Of a stretch of DNA of 64,000 bases, positions 47,084 to 57,047 are shown piece after piece (the stretch's first letter is position 1; each line of letters begins with the position of its first letter). The position numbers and the translations under genes were made by a program. This DNA comes from an uncultured Verrucomicrobiae bacterium (GTDB taxonomy: Bacteria > Chlamydiota > Chlamydiia > Chlamydiales > Rhabdochlamydiaceae), in NCBI GenBank assembly GCA_963806855.1, contig CAWDYW010000003.1, forward strand, positions 512,001 to 576,000. The letters are read 5' to 3'. The notes under the pieces are model-generated. The model had not been told where the DNA came from. It did not search any database and saw only the letters and a program-made list of their open reading frames with translations.

Positions 47084-47823
47084 TATTTTTTCTCCTTCAT
47101 AATTTCATGTAATCCAATCAAAGTGAGGGCGGGGTCGATCAAGTCGACGATATCACTTAGATCTTGTGCGAGCTGCTCGACGCTGGCTATTAAGCCTCCC
47201 GTCGCAATCACCTTCACATCGCTTGGCGAGGGGGCGAGGCGGCGCATTTCAAAGGTGATGCGCTCCACCGCGCCGAGCAGTCCCCAATAGAGACCGCCTT
47301 GGATATGCGTTTCAGTTGTCTTGGCAATCGGCGATTCCGGTTTAACGATTTTTACCTCTGGGAGCAGGCTCGTATACTGTGCAAGTGCCTTTGCACCGAT
47401 ATCGACCCCAGGATAAATCGCCCCACCCAAATAGTGGCCATTGCATGCAGCATAATCGAATGTGACTGCGGTTCCTATATCAACGACAACGCAATCATTC
47501 TGCGGGAAATGATATAGCGCGCCGTACACATTGGCGATCCGGTCGTGTCCCACTTGCTCTGGCTCATCGACATCTAACACCACTTTGACTTTGGAAAAAT
47601 CGAGTAAATTGAACGGGAGGTTAAGCTCATCAAAGAGTGCTTTCACCTTCGCTTCGCCCTCTCGGTTGACCGAGGAGATCAGCGTCGCATCGCTCTTGAC
47701 AGAGGAGAGGATCCCCTTTAACTCCGACATATCATAGGGGGTTCGAAATTGAGAGACGACCCTGTCGCCATCAAAAAACGCCCCTTTCAATCTGAAATTG
47801 CCTAAATCTAAAACCAAATCCAT
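47083..47823 (-). CDS. coaX: type III pantothenate kinase
   Basis: LDLGN, GHDR, VDIGTAVT, GGAIYPG, ATGG. Confidence 0.92.
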   Translation of the reverse strand: MDLVLDLGNFRLKGAFFDGDRVVSQFRTPYDMSELKGILSSVKSDATLISSVNREGEAKVKALFDELNLPFNLLDFSKVKVVLDVDEPEQVGHDRIANVYGALYHFPQNDCVVVDIGTAVTFDYAACNGHYLGGAIYPGVDIGAKALAQYTSLLPEVKIVKPESPIAKTTETHIQGGLYWGLLGAVERITFEMRRLAPSPSDVKVIATGGLIASVEQLAQDLSDIVDLIDPALTLIGLHEIMKEKK

Positions 47824-47833
47824 CGCAGTGGCA

Positions 47834-48640
47834 TTATAAATCTTCGTCTGAAATCAAGCAAGAATAGACCGCTTTTTTTGGCACACCACGCAATTCTGCA
47901 GCCAATTTGATCGCTTCTTGCTTGCTAAGATCAAATTGTTCTTGGAGCTCATGCACGTGCTCAGCCGGGGATTGTGTGTAATTGATTTTGGCGTGCCCTT
48001 CGATGATTAGCACCACTTCGCCGCGAATATTGGCATGTAAAAGCTCTTCGGCTTTGCCCTTCAGGCACTCCTCGTAAATTTTCGTCATCTCGCGCACAAC
48101 CGCCACCTGATGCTCCGAGCCAAGCTGAGCGATTTCGCCTAACGTTTTGTGGATACGCTCTGGGCTTTCGAAGAAGATGGTGACACCCGGATAGAAAAGG
48201 GCATCGATGAGTGAAGCTTTTCTTTCTGATGCCTTCTTCGAGAGGAAACCTAAAAATTGGAACCGATCCATGTTAAATCCCGAAAGGGACAGGGCGACAA
48301 TCGGAGCGGAAGGACCCGGTAGAGAAGTGAAGGGGAGATTGTGCTTTCGGCATTGCTCGATCAGCTGTTGCCCTGGATCAGAAATGCCCGGGGTGCCGGC
48401 GTCGGAGATGAGCCCGATTTTTTTCCCCTCTCTCAAATCTGCCACCACAAGCTCCTCGAGTTTTTTTTCGTTGAATTTATGGAAGCTCTTGAGTGGTTTT
48501 TCAATCCCGTAGTGTTTGAGTAAGAAAGCACTTTTTCGCGTATCTTCGCAAAGAATATAGTCGACACTTTTTAAAGTCTCGACAGCTCGAAAAGTAATAT
48601 CGGAAAGATTGCCGATGGGAGTCGCGATTAAATATAACAT
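47834..48640 (-). CDS. rsmI: 16S rRNA C1402 2'-O-methyltransferase
   Basis: LYLIATPIGNL.DIT, CEDTR, SDAGTPGISDPG, RE.TK.YEE. Confidence 0.95.
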   Translation of the reverse strand: MLYLIATPIGNLSDITFRAVETLKSVDYILCEDTRKSAFLLKHYGIEKPLKSFHKFNEKKLEELVVADLREGKKIGLISDAGTPGISDPGQQLIEQCRKHNLPFTSLPGPSAPIVALSLSGFNMDRFQFLGFLSKKASERKASLIDALFYPGVTIFFESPERIHKTLGEIAQLGSEHQVAVVREMTKIYEECLKGKAEELLHANIRGEVVLIIEGHAKINYTQSPAEHVHELQEQFDLSKQEAIKLAAELRGVPKKAVYSCLISDEDL

Positions 48641-48651
48641 ATAAGAATTAA

Positions 48652-48723
48652 AGGTGGCACCCAGATTCGAACTGGGGAATGGGAGCTTTGCAGGCTCCTG
48701 CCTTACCACTTGGCCATGCCACC
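48652..48723 (-). tRNA. tRNA-Cys (GCA)
   Basis: GGTGGCATGGCCAAGTGGTAAGGCAGGAGCCTGCAAAGCTCCCATTCCCCAGTTCGAATCTGGGTGCCACCT. Confidence 0.95.
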
Positions 48724-48880
48724 CTAAAGATGAAATCAAGTATGCGAAAAGTTTGCAAAGAGGTCAAGTTTATCTAATTAAAATATATTTTTTACAGCGA
48801 TGTTGCCAAAATTGGCTTTAAAAAAATATATATAATTTGTATCAGGAAGGAAATAGAGGGCCAACATAGGGGGATACTCA

Positions 48881-50023
48881 ATGAGAAAAGTCGCGCAAAC
48901 TTTTGCATTAAGTTCAGATAAAGAGCTTTTTAAACAAATCGCCAACAGCGCAGAAATACAAATTAGTGGAAATAATCCTTGGGATATTCAAGTACATAAT
49001 GATGCCTTTTATAAGCGGGTGTTAGCAGATGGTTCTCTTGGGCTAGGAGAATCCTACATGCTTGGCTGGTGGGATGCAAAATCTTTAGATCAGACGATAT
49101 TTCAAATTGTTCGTGCAGATCTTGAAAAAAATATAAAGCCCTCATTGTCAATGTCCTTGGCCTTCATCAAAGCTAAACTTTTCAATTTACAAACCAAATC
49201 CGGCAGCATGGAAGTTATCGAGCAGCACTATCAATTAGGAAATGATCTGTTCCTGAATATGTTAGATGAATCTTTGGCCTATAGCTGTGGTTATTGGAAA
49301 GATGCCAAGACTTTAGACCAGGCGCAAAAGGCAAAATTTGACCTTATTGCTAGGAAATTGGGTTTCACTAAAGGAATGAAGGTTTTAGATATTGGTTGTG
49401 GGTGGGGAGGATTTGCAAAGTATATTTCAGAAAACTACGGGGTTGAAGTGTTAGCAATTACACTTTCTGAAAATCAAGCAGATTATGCAAAAAAAATCGT
49501 CCAACATCTTCCTGTAGAAGTAAAAGTACTAGACTATCGGGATGTAAAGGGTCAATTCGATAGAGTTGTTGAAATTGGAATGTTTGAGCATGTAGGGTAT
49601 AAGAATTATCGCTCGTTCATGGAAATTGTACATCGCCTTTTAAAAGATGATGGGATGTTAATGCTTCATACGATTGGAAGTAATACTTCTTCTGCCTGTA
49701 TAGAACCTTTTCTGGAAAAGTACATTTTCAAAAATGCCCAGCTGCCTTCTATCGCTCAAATTGGGACAGCGATCGAAGGATTATTTGTCATGGAAGATTG
49801 GCATAATTTTAGTGTGGATTATGATAAAACTCTAATGGAATGGTTCAAGAAGTTTGATCAGAATTGGCCAAAACTGAAAAGTTCCTACCCTGAATCATTT
49901 TACCGAATGTGGAAATATTATCTTCTTAGTTTGGCAGGGGGTTTTCGAGCTAGACATATCCAACTCTGGCAGGTAGTTCTTTCAAAGCAGGGAGTTTTAG
50001 GGGGCTATAAAACGGTTAGGTAA
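48881..50023 (+). CDS. cfa: cyclopropane-fatty-acyl-phospholipid synthase
   Basis: LGLGESYM, HYQLGNDLF, YSCGYW, LDIGCGWG, GMFEHVG. Confidence 0.94.
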   Translation: MRKVAQTFALSSDKELFKQIANSAEIQISGNNPWDIQVHNDAFYKRVLADGSLGLGESYMLGWWDAKSLDQTIFQIVRADLEKNIKPSLSMSLAFIKAKLFNLQTKSGSMEVIEQHYQLGNDLFLNMLDESLAYSCGYWKDAKTLDQAQKAKFDLIARKLGFTKGMKVLDIGCGWGGFAKYISENYGVEVLAITLSENQADYAKKIVQHLPVEVKVLDYRDVKGQFDRVVEIGMFEHVGYKNYRSFMEIVHRLLKDDGMLMLHTIGSNTSSACIEPFLEKYIFKNAQLPSIAQIGTAIEGLFVMEDWHNFSVDYDKTLMEWFKKFDQNWPKLKSSYPESFYRMWKYYLLSLAGGFRARHIQLWQVVLSKQGVLGGYKTVR

Positions 50024-50091
50024 TATCAGCCTCAATATCTTAAGGATTTTTTAGTAGAAAATTAAGAAAAAAAGTGAGACCTTTGGGTTGC

Positions 50092-51414
50092 ATGAAACAT
50101 AAAGCACTCAAAGAAATTGCTCACATTCTAGGCCTACAGGTAGACCAAAATCGAACTGTTGCCCATTTTGCTGTCGACAGTAGGCAGATGGAACGTCAAG
50201 GTCTTTTCTTCGCCCTCCCAGGAGCCAAAGCCGATGGTCATTTCTTTTTGAAGGAAGTGGCAGAAAAGGGGGCTCTAGGAGCTGTCGTCTCGAAACATTA
50301 TTCTGGACCGAGCTTTGGCTTGGAGCTGATCAAAGTGCCCGATGTCCTCGAGGCGCTGCACACTTTGGCAAAAAGCGCCTTCAATCTGCGTAAAGAAAAA
50401 GTAGTTGGAATCACTGGCTCCATGGGGAAAACCACTTCGAAAGAGTTTGTGGCGACTCTTCTTGAAGCTAAATATCGAGTTGCGAAGACGCCGGGGAATC
50501 ACAATACCCAACTTACCCTTCCGCTAACCTTGCTCAATTTAGAAGGGGAGTATGATGTGCTCGTCCTCGAAATGGGGATGAACAATCCTGGCGAAATCAA
50601 AACGCTCGTGCACATCGCGCCGCCCGATTTGGCTCTGCTGACGAGGATTGCGCCGGCCGGGATGACCGATTTTCGAGGGGGACTCGAGGCGATCGCCCAC
50701 GCCAAAGCTGAAATTTTCTCCCACCCACGGACTAAATTTGGAATTGTCAGCTGCCAGGCGGCAAAGTTTAAGCAGGTGCTCTATGGTAGTGGGGTGCCAA
50801 AGTGGATTTACGGATGGAAAGAGAACTTTGAAGATCCCCGAATGGGCGACTTTGTGATGGAAGAAAGAGGAGAGGATGTGGTCATTAATGACAGCCCCCC
50901 GATCTCCCTGGCATTTGAGGCTCGCCATCTGCGAGAGAATTTTTTAGCGGCGGCAACAGTGGCTAAGGCGATGGGTCTGACTTGGAGCGAAATCAAGAGC
51001 CAAGCTCTTCACCTCAAGCCTTTTAAACATCGCTTTGAAAAAATTGAGCGAGATGGTATCACTTTCATCCAAGATTGTTACAACGCAAATCCGGAGTCGA
51101 TTCTCGCTGCCTTGAAAAATCTCCCCAAGGCAAAGGGGAAAAAGATCGGAGTATTGGGAGCCATGCCCGATCTAGGGGACCAATCGGCTTTTTTCCATAC
51201 TCAGGTGGGCAATGCGGCCAAAGAATATCTCGATCGGCTGCTCTGTATAGGAGAAGATGCCAAAAATTATGCGGCAGCTTTCTCTAAGGATGCGAAGCAT
51301 TTTAGCCAACTCGCTGAAATTAAGAAGGAACTCTTTGCCCTTGCAGAGCCGGGCGATGTAGTGCTCATTAAAGGGGGGAATGGTTTTAAATTATGGCAAC
51401 TTCTGGAAAATTAA
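50092..51414 (+). CDS. murF: UDP-MurNAc-tripeptide--D-Ala-D-Ala ligase
   Basis: DSR, GITGSMGKTTSKE, LEMGM, DCYNANPES. Confidence 0.92.
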   Translation: MKHKALKEIAHILGLQVDQNRTVAHFAVDSRQMERQGLFFALPGAKADGHFFLKEVAEKGALGAVVSKHYSGPSFGLELIKVPDVLEALHTLAKSAFNLRKEKVVGITGSMGKTTSKEFVATLLEAKYRVAKTPGNHNTQLTLPLTLLNLEGEYDVLVLEMGMNNPGEIKTLVHIAPPDLALLTRIAPAGMTDFRGGLEAIAHAKAEIFSHPRTKFGIVSCQAAKFKQVLYGSGVPKWIYGWKENFEDPRMGDFVMEERGEDVVINDSPPISLAFEARHLRENFLAAATVAKAMGLTWSEIKSQALHLKPFKHRFEKIERDGITFIQDCYNANPESILAALKNLPKAKGKKIGVLGAMPDLGDQSAFFHTQVGNAAKEYLDRLLCIGEDAKNYAAAFSKDAKHFSQLAEIKKELFALAEPGDVVLIKGGNGFKLWQLLEN

Positions 51415-51415
51415 T

Positions 51416-52564
51416 GTGTTATTGCTTTTAATTCGCTTTTTGCAAAGTCATTTAGGGATCCACGTCCCGACAGCGTTTTCCTACTCTTCGACTAGGATGC
51501 TCTTCGCTGCTATCACCACTCTGCTCATCACCATTTTTTTAGGCCCTTACTGCATTCGAAGGCTCTATGAGCTGAAAACCGGCCAATCGATTCGAGTGGA
51601 AGATTGCCCGCTCCTAGTGGAACTGCACAAGAAAAAGAAAGATACCCCGACGATGGGGGGAATCCTCATCCTTTTTTCGATGCTCGTTGCCCTCATCTTG
51701 TGGATGGATCTTACCAGCATCTATACGCTGATTTTCTTCGTCGGAACTATCTTTTTAGGCCTTGTAGGCGGCTTTGATGATTACTTGAAGATGAAGCATA
51801 AAAACTCCAAAGGGCTCAAATCGAGAAAAAAATTTGCGCTCCAGGTGCTCCTCGCAGCACTTATTGGTGCCTATCTGATCTGGACTCCAGGGTTATTGGA
51901 AATGGGAGAATGGTTCAAGGCGCCCAAGGAATATTTTGGCACCTATTTTCTCCCCTTTATGAAGGGCCCGTTTTTCACCTTGCATGGCCCCCTATTGATT
52001 TTGGGACTTTTGTTCACCATTTTTGTCATCACCGGTTCTTCTAATGCGGTCAACCTCACAGATGGGTTAGATGGTCTTGCTGCCGGAACGATCACGATGG
52101 TCGCCGGCGTGCTTGCGCTCTTTTCCTTTTTGTCGAACAACCTTGAGGTGGCCCGCTACTTGAATATTCTCTACATCGAAGGCAGTGGAGAGATCGGAGT
52201 CTACATGGCGGCGATGCTCGGAGCGAGTCTTGGATTTTTGTGGTATAACGGCTATCCGGCGCAGGTGTTCATGGGCGACACCGGATCGCTCGCTCTTGGG
52301 GGGATTCTCGGGATTGCAGCCGTTTTCTTAAGACGCGAAGTGCTCCTCGCGTTAATCGGAGGGGTATTTGTGATGGAAGCGCTATCGGTGATTTTGCAAG
52401 TGCTTAGCTACCGGTATCGGAATAAAAAGCGGATCTTTTTATGCGCCCCTCTCCATCACCATTTTGAGTTCAAAGGGTGGCCGGAGACGAAGGTGGTGCT
52501 CCGATTTTGGATCATCGCTCTGATTTTAGGATTAATTGGTATTATCTCAATAAAGATACAATGA
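51416..52564 (+). CDS. mraY: phospho-MurNAc-pentapeptide transferase
   Basis: TPTMGG, DDYLK, NAVNLTDGLDGL, FMGDTGS, APLHHHFE. Confidence 0.96.
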   Translation: MLLLLIRFLQSHLGIHVPTAFSYSSTRMLFAAITTLLITIFLGPYCIRRLYELKTGQSIRVEDCPLLVELHKKKKDTPTMGGILILFSMLVALILWMDLTSIYTLIFFVGTIFLGLVGGFDDYLKMKHKNSKGLKSRKKFALQVLLAALIGAYLIWTPGLLEMGEWFKAPKEYFGTYFLPFMKGPFFTLHGPLLILGLLFTIFVITGSSNAVNLTDGLDGLAAGTITMVAGVLALFSFLSNNLEVARYLNILYIEGSGEIGVYMAAMLGASLGFLWYNGYPAQVFMGDTGSLALGGILGIAAVFLRREVLLALIGGVFVMEALSVILQVLSYRYRNKKRIFLCAPLHHHFEFKGWPETKVVLRFWIIALILGLIGIISIKIQ

Positions 52565-53694
52565 AGGCACTCGTACTTGGACTTGGGATTAGCGGAAATA
52601 GCGTAGTGAGATTTCTCGAAAAGAGAGGATACACCGTTATTGGTGTCGATGATAAGGTTGCTCCGCAAAATTTCGAAACATTAAAAGGGTTCGACCTCTT
52701 TGTCCCTTCTCCAGGTATTCCAAGAAGCCATCGGCTCTATCAGATGGCTCTGAATGAGAAAATCCCAATTGCAGGTGATGTCGAGCTGGCCCTGCGGGAG
52801 TGCAAGCAGCCATGCATAGCAGTAACCGGGTCGAATGGAAAAACGACGACAGTCAAAATGATCGAGCATTGCCTCAATCTTTCTGGCAAGAGGGCGCGCG
52901 CCGTTGGCAACGTAGGCGATCCCATCGCTGACAATATCGGGGGGGATGAAATTCTCGTCGTCGAATTGAGCTCCTACCAACTTGAGACCCTCGCTGCGAA
53001 GGTCTTTGATGTGGGGATCATCCTCAATATTTTCGAAAATCATTTAGACCGTTATGACGATTTTGAGGCCTACTCCAGAGCAAAGGTGCGCCTTGAACAT
53101 TGCATCAAACCAGATGGCAAGTTCTATGTTCACAGCTCGGTAGATCCAAATCTCTTCGAGAACCCGTTTGTCGAATTTCGTGGCGACAATAGGGAAGCTG
53201 CATTTTTCGCCTGCGCATATTTCGGAGTCGATCGAAACTCATTCGATTCAGCGCTTTCTTCTTTTGTTAAACCACCTCATCGGATAGAATTTGTCGCTAA
53301 AATAGAAGGCATCTCCTACTATAACGACAGCAAGGGAACCAATGTGCCGGCCATGATCAAAGCGCTCGAAGTTTTAAATACAGAAGTGGTGCTGATCGCT
53401 GGTGGCCAGGATAAAGGACTGAATTTTAGCCCCCTCTGCGCCTACAAAGATCGCATGTCTTCTGTTGTCGTGTATGGAGAAGCTCGCGAAAAAATTGCGA
53501 CTGCATTAAAACAGACTGTAGATGTCCATGTCGTCGTGACACTGCAAGAAGCGGTGGAATGTGCGAGAAGACTTGTGAAAAAGGACGGGACCGTCCTCTT
53601 TTCGCCAGGATGTGCAAGTTTTGATGCATTCAAGAATTATGCCGAACGTGGTGAGGCATTTAAAACATACGTTAAAAGTCATTGTAAGGAGTGA
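52561..53694 (+). CDS. murD: UDP-MurNAc-L-Ala--D-Glu ligase
   Basis: GLGISG, TGSNGKTT, ELSSYQL, NDSKGTN, SPGCASFD. Confidence 0.94.
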   Translation: MKALVLGLGISGNSVVRFLEKRGYTVIGVDDKVAPQNFETLKGFDLFVPSPGIPRSHRLYQMALNEKIPIAGDVELALRECKQPCIAVTGSNGKTTTVKMIEHCLNLSGKRARAVGNVGDPIADNIGGDEILVVELSSYQLETLAAKVFDVGIILNIFENHLDRYDDFEAYSRAKVRLEHCIKPDGKFYVHSSVDPNLFENPFVEFRGDNREAAFFACAYFGVDRNSFDSALSSFVKPPHRIEFVAKIEGISYYNDSKGTNVPAMIKALEVLNTEVVLIAGGQDKGLNFSPLCAYKDRMSSVVVYGEAREKIATALKQTVDVHVVVTLQEAVECARRLVKKDGTVLFSPGCASFDAFKNYAERGEAFKTYVKSHCKE

Positions 53695-53697
53695 AGG

Positions 53698-54375
53698 ATG
53701 ACCCGCAAAGACACAATCATTATAGCCGTACTTGTCAACGCAGCCCTTTTAATTGCATTATTCGTCACTGCCATTAAACGTGAAGATAGTCCACAAAGAG
53801 AAGAAGAGAAAATCGCTGCTACCATCCAACCTATTGCTATTCCAGAGTCTGAGAAAAAAGAGATCAAAGCCGCGCAAGGCGATGAGATCGATCTCGTTTT
53901 GAAAGAATTTTCTGAGAAGAAAGCAGAAGTTGCCGCCACCGAGGAGAGCGCTAAAATCGATTTCGTCAAAGAATTGGAAGCGATCACCAAGAGCGTTAGC
54001 GAGCTGCCCCAAGCAGGTGCGGCCCCTTCAGACGATTTCATCAAAGTCACCGTGAAGAAAGGGGATGTGCTTGAGAAGATCGCCCGCGCCAACCAGAGTT
54101 CCGTCGAAGAGATCATCCGAGTCAACCAGCTGAAAAATTCGATGCTTCAAATTGGCCAAACATTGAAGATCCCTCGCAAGGCCGGAGCGGTAACAGTTGC
54201 TAAAGCTGTTGAGAGCGGCGGCGCAGAGTATTATGTGGTGAAACAGGGAGACAATCCTTGGGCAATCGCAGTGAAAAATCATCTCAAAGTTGACGAACTT
54301 CTGAAACTGAATAATTTGACAGAAGAGAAAGCGCGTCATCTGAAGCCAGGCGATAAGCTCCGTATTAGAAAATAG
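53698..54375 (+). CDS. membrane-anchored protein with two LysM domains
   Basis: VTVKKGDVLEKIA...LQIGQTLKIP and YVVKQGDNPWAIA...LKPGDKLRI. Confidence 0.9.
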   Translation: MTRKDTIIIAVLVNAALLIALFVTAIKREDSPQREEEKIAATIQPIAIPESEKKEIKAAQGDEIDLVLKEFSEKKAEVAATEESAKIDFVKELEAITKSVSELPQAGAAPSDDFIKVTVKKGDVLEKIARANQSSVEEIIRVNQLKNSMLQIGQTLKIPRKAGAVTVAKAVESGGAEYYVVKQGDNPWAIAVKNHLKVDELLKLNNLTEEKARHLKPGDKLRIRK

Positions 54376-54384
54376 CTTTGTTTG

Positions 54385-54813
54385 ATGAGCACAGATATCA
54401 ACGCAAAGACGCAAAGTCGCAAAGACGCGGAGAAAACAGAAAATATACTGGCAAGGCTAATTATTGATGCTGCCGTGGAAGTGCATACTACATTAGGTGG
54501 GCCTGGATTGTTAGAGAGCTTATATGAAGAAGCCTTATTGCAGGAGCTGAAATTAAGAAATATTCCTGTAGAGTCGCAAGTACACTTACCTGTAGTCTAC
54601 AAAGGATATACCCTTAGAAACCCTTTAAGACTTGATTTACTTGTAGATCGTAAAGTGATTGTAGAAGTGAAAGCATCTGAGCAAGAGCTCCCCGTTCACA
54701 AATCACAGGTGTTGACTTATTTGCGGATCACGAAACTAAAATTGGGTTTGCTTCTCAATTTTGGTCAGAAGTATTTGCGTGATGGAATAGAAAGGGTTGT
54801 AAATGAACTATAA
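54385..54813 (+). CDS. GxxExxY protein (PD-(D/E)XK nuclease fold)
   Basis: EVH..LGGPGLLESLYEEAL, RLDLLV...VIVEVK, Q.LTYL, GLLLNFG. Confidence 0.92.
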   Translation: MSTDINAKTQSRKDAEKTENILARLIIDAAVEVHTTLGGPGLLESLYEEALLQELKLRNIPVESQVHLPVVYKGYTLRNPLRLDLLVDRKVIVEVKASEQELPVHKSQVLTYLRITKLKLGLLLNFGQKYLRDGIERVVNEL

Positions 54814-54851
54814 AAAAATTGCGTCTTTGCGCCTTTGCGTCTTTGCGTTGA
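54398..54851. mobile_element. GxxExxY cassette bounded by 31-bp inverted repeats
   Basis: The left end (54398..54428, TCAACGCAAAGACGCAAAGTCGCAAAGACGC) is the reverse complement of the right end (54821..54851) with one mismatch. Confidence 0.8.
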
Positions 54852-54884
54852 AAAAGCCTGATCAGTTAACCCCCTCTACCTTCG

Positions 54885-55988
54885 ATGACCAATAAGTACA
54901 GCTTAAGCCTTCTAGTGGTGGTCATGCTCATCTTCTCGGTCGGCATTCTGATGGTGTTTAACACCACGTCGGCCGAGGTGCTCGACAGGTCTCTCGATCG
55001 GAGCACCCACTATGCTTTTATCAGGCAGCTCGTGTATGCCTTCATCGCTACGGGGTGTGCAATTGGCATTTTTTTTCTCGGTTATGAAAACGTCTTGCGC
55101 CTATCGGGAGCCTTCCTATTTTTAGGCACCATCACTTTAATCCTTGTCTTTGTACCCAAAATTGGGCAGCAGATCAATGGCGCCCATCGATGGATTAACC
55201 TTTTTGGCAACTCGCTCCAGCCCTCGGAATTTGTCAAAGTGCTCCTGCCGATCTATACAATCCATGCGATTGGCCGCCACAAAGATGGGATGACATTCAA
55301 GCCTTTTCTCCGGTTGATTGGCACTCTAGTTGTTCCGATTGCCCTCATTTTGATCGAGCCTGACAATGGGACGGTGGCGATCATTTTGATGGCCCTCTTA
55401 ATCCTTTTTATTTTGATGCGGATCCGCTGGATCTATTGGGTGATTCCACTGTGTGTCTGCATGGTATGTGGAGGGATCGTCGCTTCGAGAATGAGCCACG
55501 TCCCTGACCGAATCAAAATCTATTTGAACCCTGAGCTCGATTTGCGCGGCAAAGGTCATCAACCCCATCAGGCTCGCATCGCGGCGGGGTCTGGAGGGTT
55601 ATTCGGCAAGGGAGTCGGGGAGAGTCTTCAAAAAATGAATTACCTTCCCGAGGCCCGCAGCGATTACATTGCGGCGATCTTTGCTGAGGAATTTGGCTTT
55701 CTCGGAGTCCTAGGTTTAATCATGCTTTATATCACCCTTGGAGGGCTCGGTTTTACCATTGCGGCCAAGACTACAAAAATTGAGGGTTTCTATTTAGTCG
55801 CAATTCTGACATTCTTAATCTGTTTTCAGGCCTTTTTAAACCTGGGAGTGGTATCGGGTCTGCTACCTAGCAAGGGGACAAATCTTCCTTTCTTTAGTCA
55901 CGGAGGATCCTCTTTGCTCGTTAACTTCATCGTTTTGGGGTTAATTTTAAGTGTGGCCAGACACCAAAAGAAAAGAGCATATGTCTAA
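54885..55988 (+). CDS. ftsW: SEDS protein FtsW
   Basis: NGAHRWI, QPSEFVK, EPDNGT, LPEARSDYI, PSKGTNLPFFSHGGSS; dcw context. Confidence 0.93.
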   Translation: MTNKYSLSLLVVVMLIFSVGILMVFNTTSAEVLDRSLDRSTHYAFIRQLVYAFIATGCAIGIFFLGYENVLRLSGAFLFLGTITLILVFVPKIGQQINGAHRWINLFGNSLQPSEFVKVLLPIYTIHAIGRHKDGMTFKPFLRLIGTLVVPIALILIEPDNGTVAIILMALLILFILMRIRWIYWVIPLCVCMVCGGIVASRMSHVPDRIKIYLNPELDLRGKGHQPHQARIAAGSGGLFGKGVGESLQKMNYLPEARSDYIAAIFAEEFGFLGVLGLIMLYITLGGLGFTIAAKTTKIEGFYLVAILTFLICFQAFLNLGVVSGLLPSKGTNLPFFSHGGSSLLVNFIVLGLILSVARHQKKRAYV

Positions 55989-57042
55989 AAAAATATTGCT
56001 GGCTGTTGGGGGAACCGGTGGGCACCTTTTCCCTGCCCAAGCACTTGCCCGCGATTTAAAAGAGCTGCGAAGCGAAATCGAGATTCTTTTCGGTGGTGGA
56101 CGGCTCGGCTCAAATCATTTTTTTCATCATTCCCATTTCCCTTTTCGAGAAGTGACCAGCGGCACACCTTTCCGTGGCAAATTGATCAAATCGCTGGTTC
56201 AGATCAGCAGGGGCCTTATGGAAAGTCACGATCTGATCAAAGAATATTCACCCGATTTGGTGATCGGATTTGGCAGTTTTTATAGTTTTCCTCTCCTAGC
56301 GGTCGCTCGGCTGAAGAAGATACCCTATATCTTGGTCGAATCGAATGTGCTCCCGGGGCGTGTCAATAAATTGTTTTCCTCTGGCGCCCTCTTCAACGCA
56401 ATCCAATATGAGGAGACGGCGACAATTTTAAAGGGAAAAGCGATCCCGACCAAAATGCCCTTCTGGTCGAAAGAGTTTCATGGGATCCCCCTGGCGCAGG
56501 CAGATGCTCGAAAAGGGTATCAGCTCGATCCGGAGCTCTTCACTCTTCTTATTTTTGGCGGTTCGCAAGGGGCGGAGGTGATCAACCAGGCGGCAAGCCA
56601 GCTGAAGTTGGACATTCCCTTCCAAGTACTCCATCTCTGTGGAAGAGATCAGGACGCGGAGAAATTGGCGAGAGCGTATCGGGAGCGGGGAATTTTGGCT
56701 GCTGTGAAACATTTTGAAGACAAGATGCATCTGGCTTGGCAAGCGGCTGATCTGGCCATCTGTCGCGCTGGAGCGGGGACGATGGCCGAGATGGAGCTAT
56801 TTAACGTGCCGGCGATTCTGATCCCCTGGCCCGGGGCTACCGATCGGCATCAACATCTGAATGCCAGGACGATGGAAAATATCGGGGGAGCGGTCCTGCT
56901 AGAAGAGAAGGGGATCCATAAGCTTGCAGATAAAATTCACGTAATATTAGGCGATTTGCCCAAGATGCAAGAGAATTTGAAATTGTATCGGGCAAGGGAC
57001 ATTGACCATTTAGCCCATTTAGTCCTTAACTGTTTGGAGTAG
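55981..57042 (+). CDS. murG: MurG glycosyltransferase
   Basis: GGTGGHLFP, GGSQGA, CRAGAGT, HQ..NA. Confidence 0.95.
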   Translation: MSKKILLAVGGTGGHLFPAQALARDLKELRSEIEILFGGGRLGSNHFFHHSHFPFREVTSGTPFRGKLIKSLVQISRGLMESHDLIKEYSPDLVIGFGSFYSFPLLAVARLKKIPYILVESNVLPGRVNKLFSSGALFNAIQYEETATILKGKAIPTKMPFWSKEFHGIPLAQADARKGYQLDPELFTLLIFGGSQGAEVINQAASQLKLDIPFQVLHLCGRDQDAEKLARAYRERGILAAVKHFEDKMHLAWQAADLAICRAGAGTMAEMELFNVPAILIPWPGATDRHQHLNARTMENIGGAVLLEEKGIHKLADKIHVILGDLPKMQENLKLYRARDIDHLAHLVLNCLE

Positions 57043-57047
57043 ACCCC

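Noticed and set aside
47834..48739. ORF-track N-terminal extension of rsmI
   Set aside because: The extension runs through tRNA-Cys; the real start is the ATG at 48640.
54398..54851. Possible CRISPR array or Cas4-like locus
   Set aside because: The repeats are abutting 8-mers in inverted orientation with no spacers, and there are no cas genes in the window.
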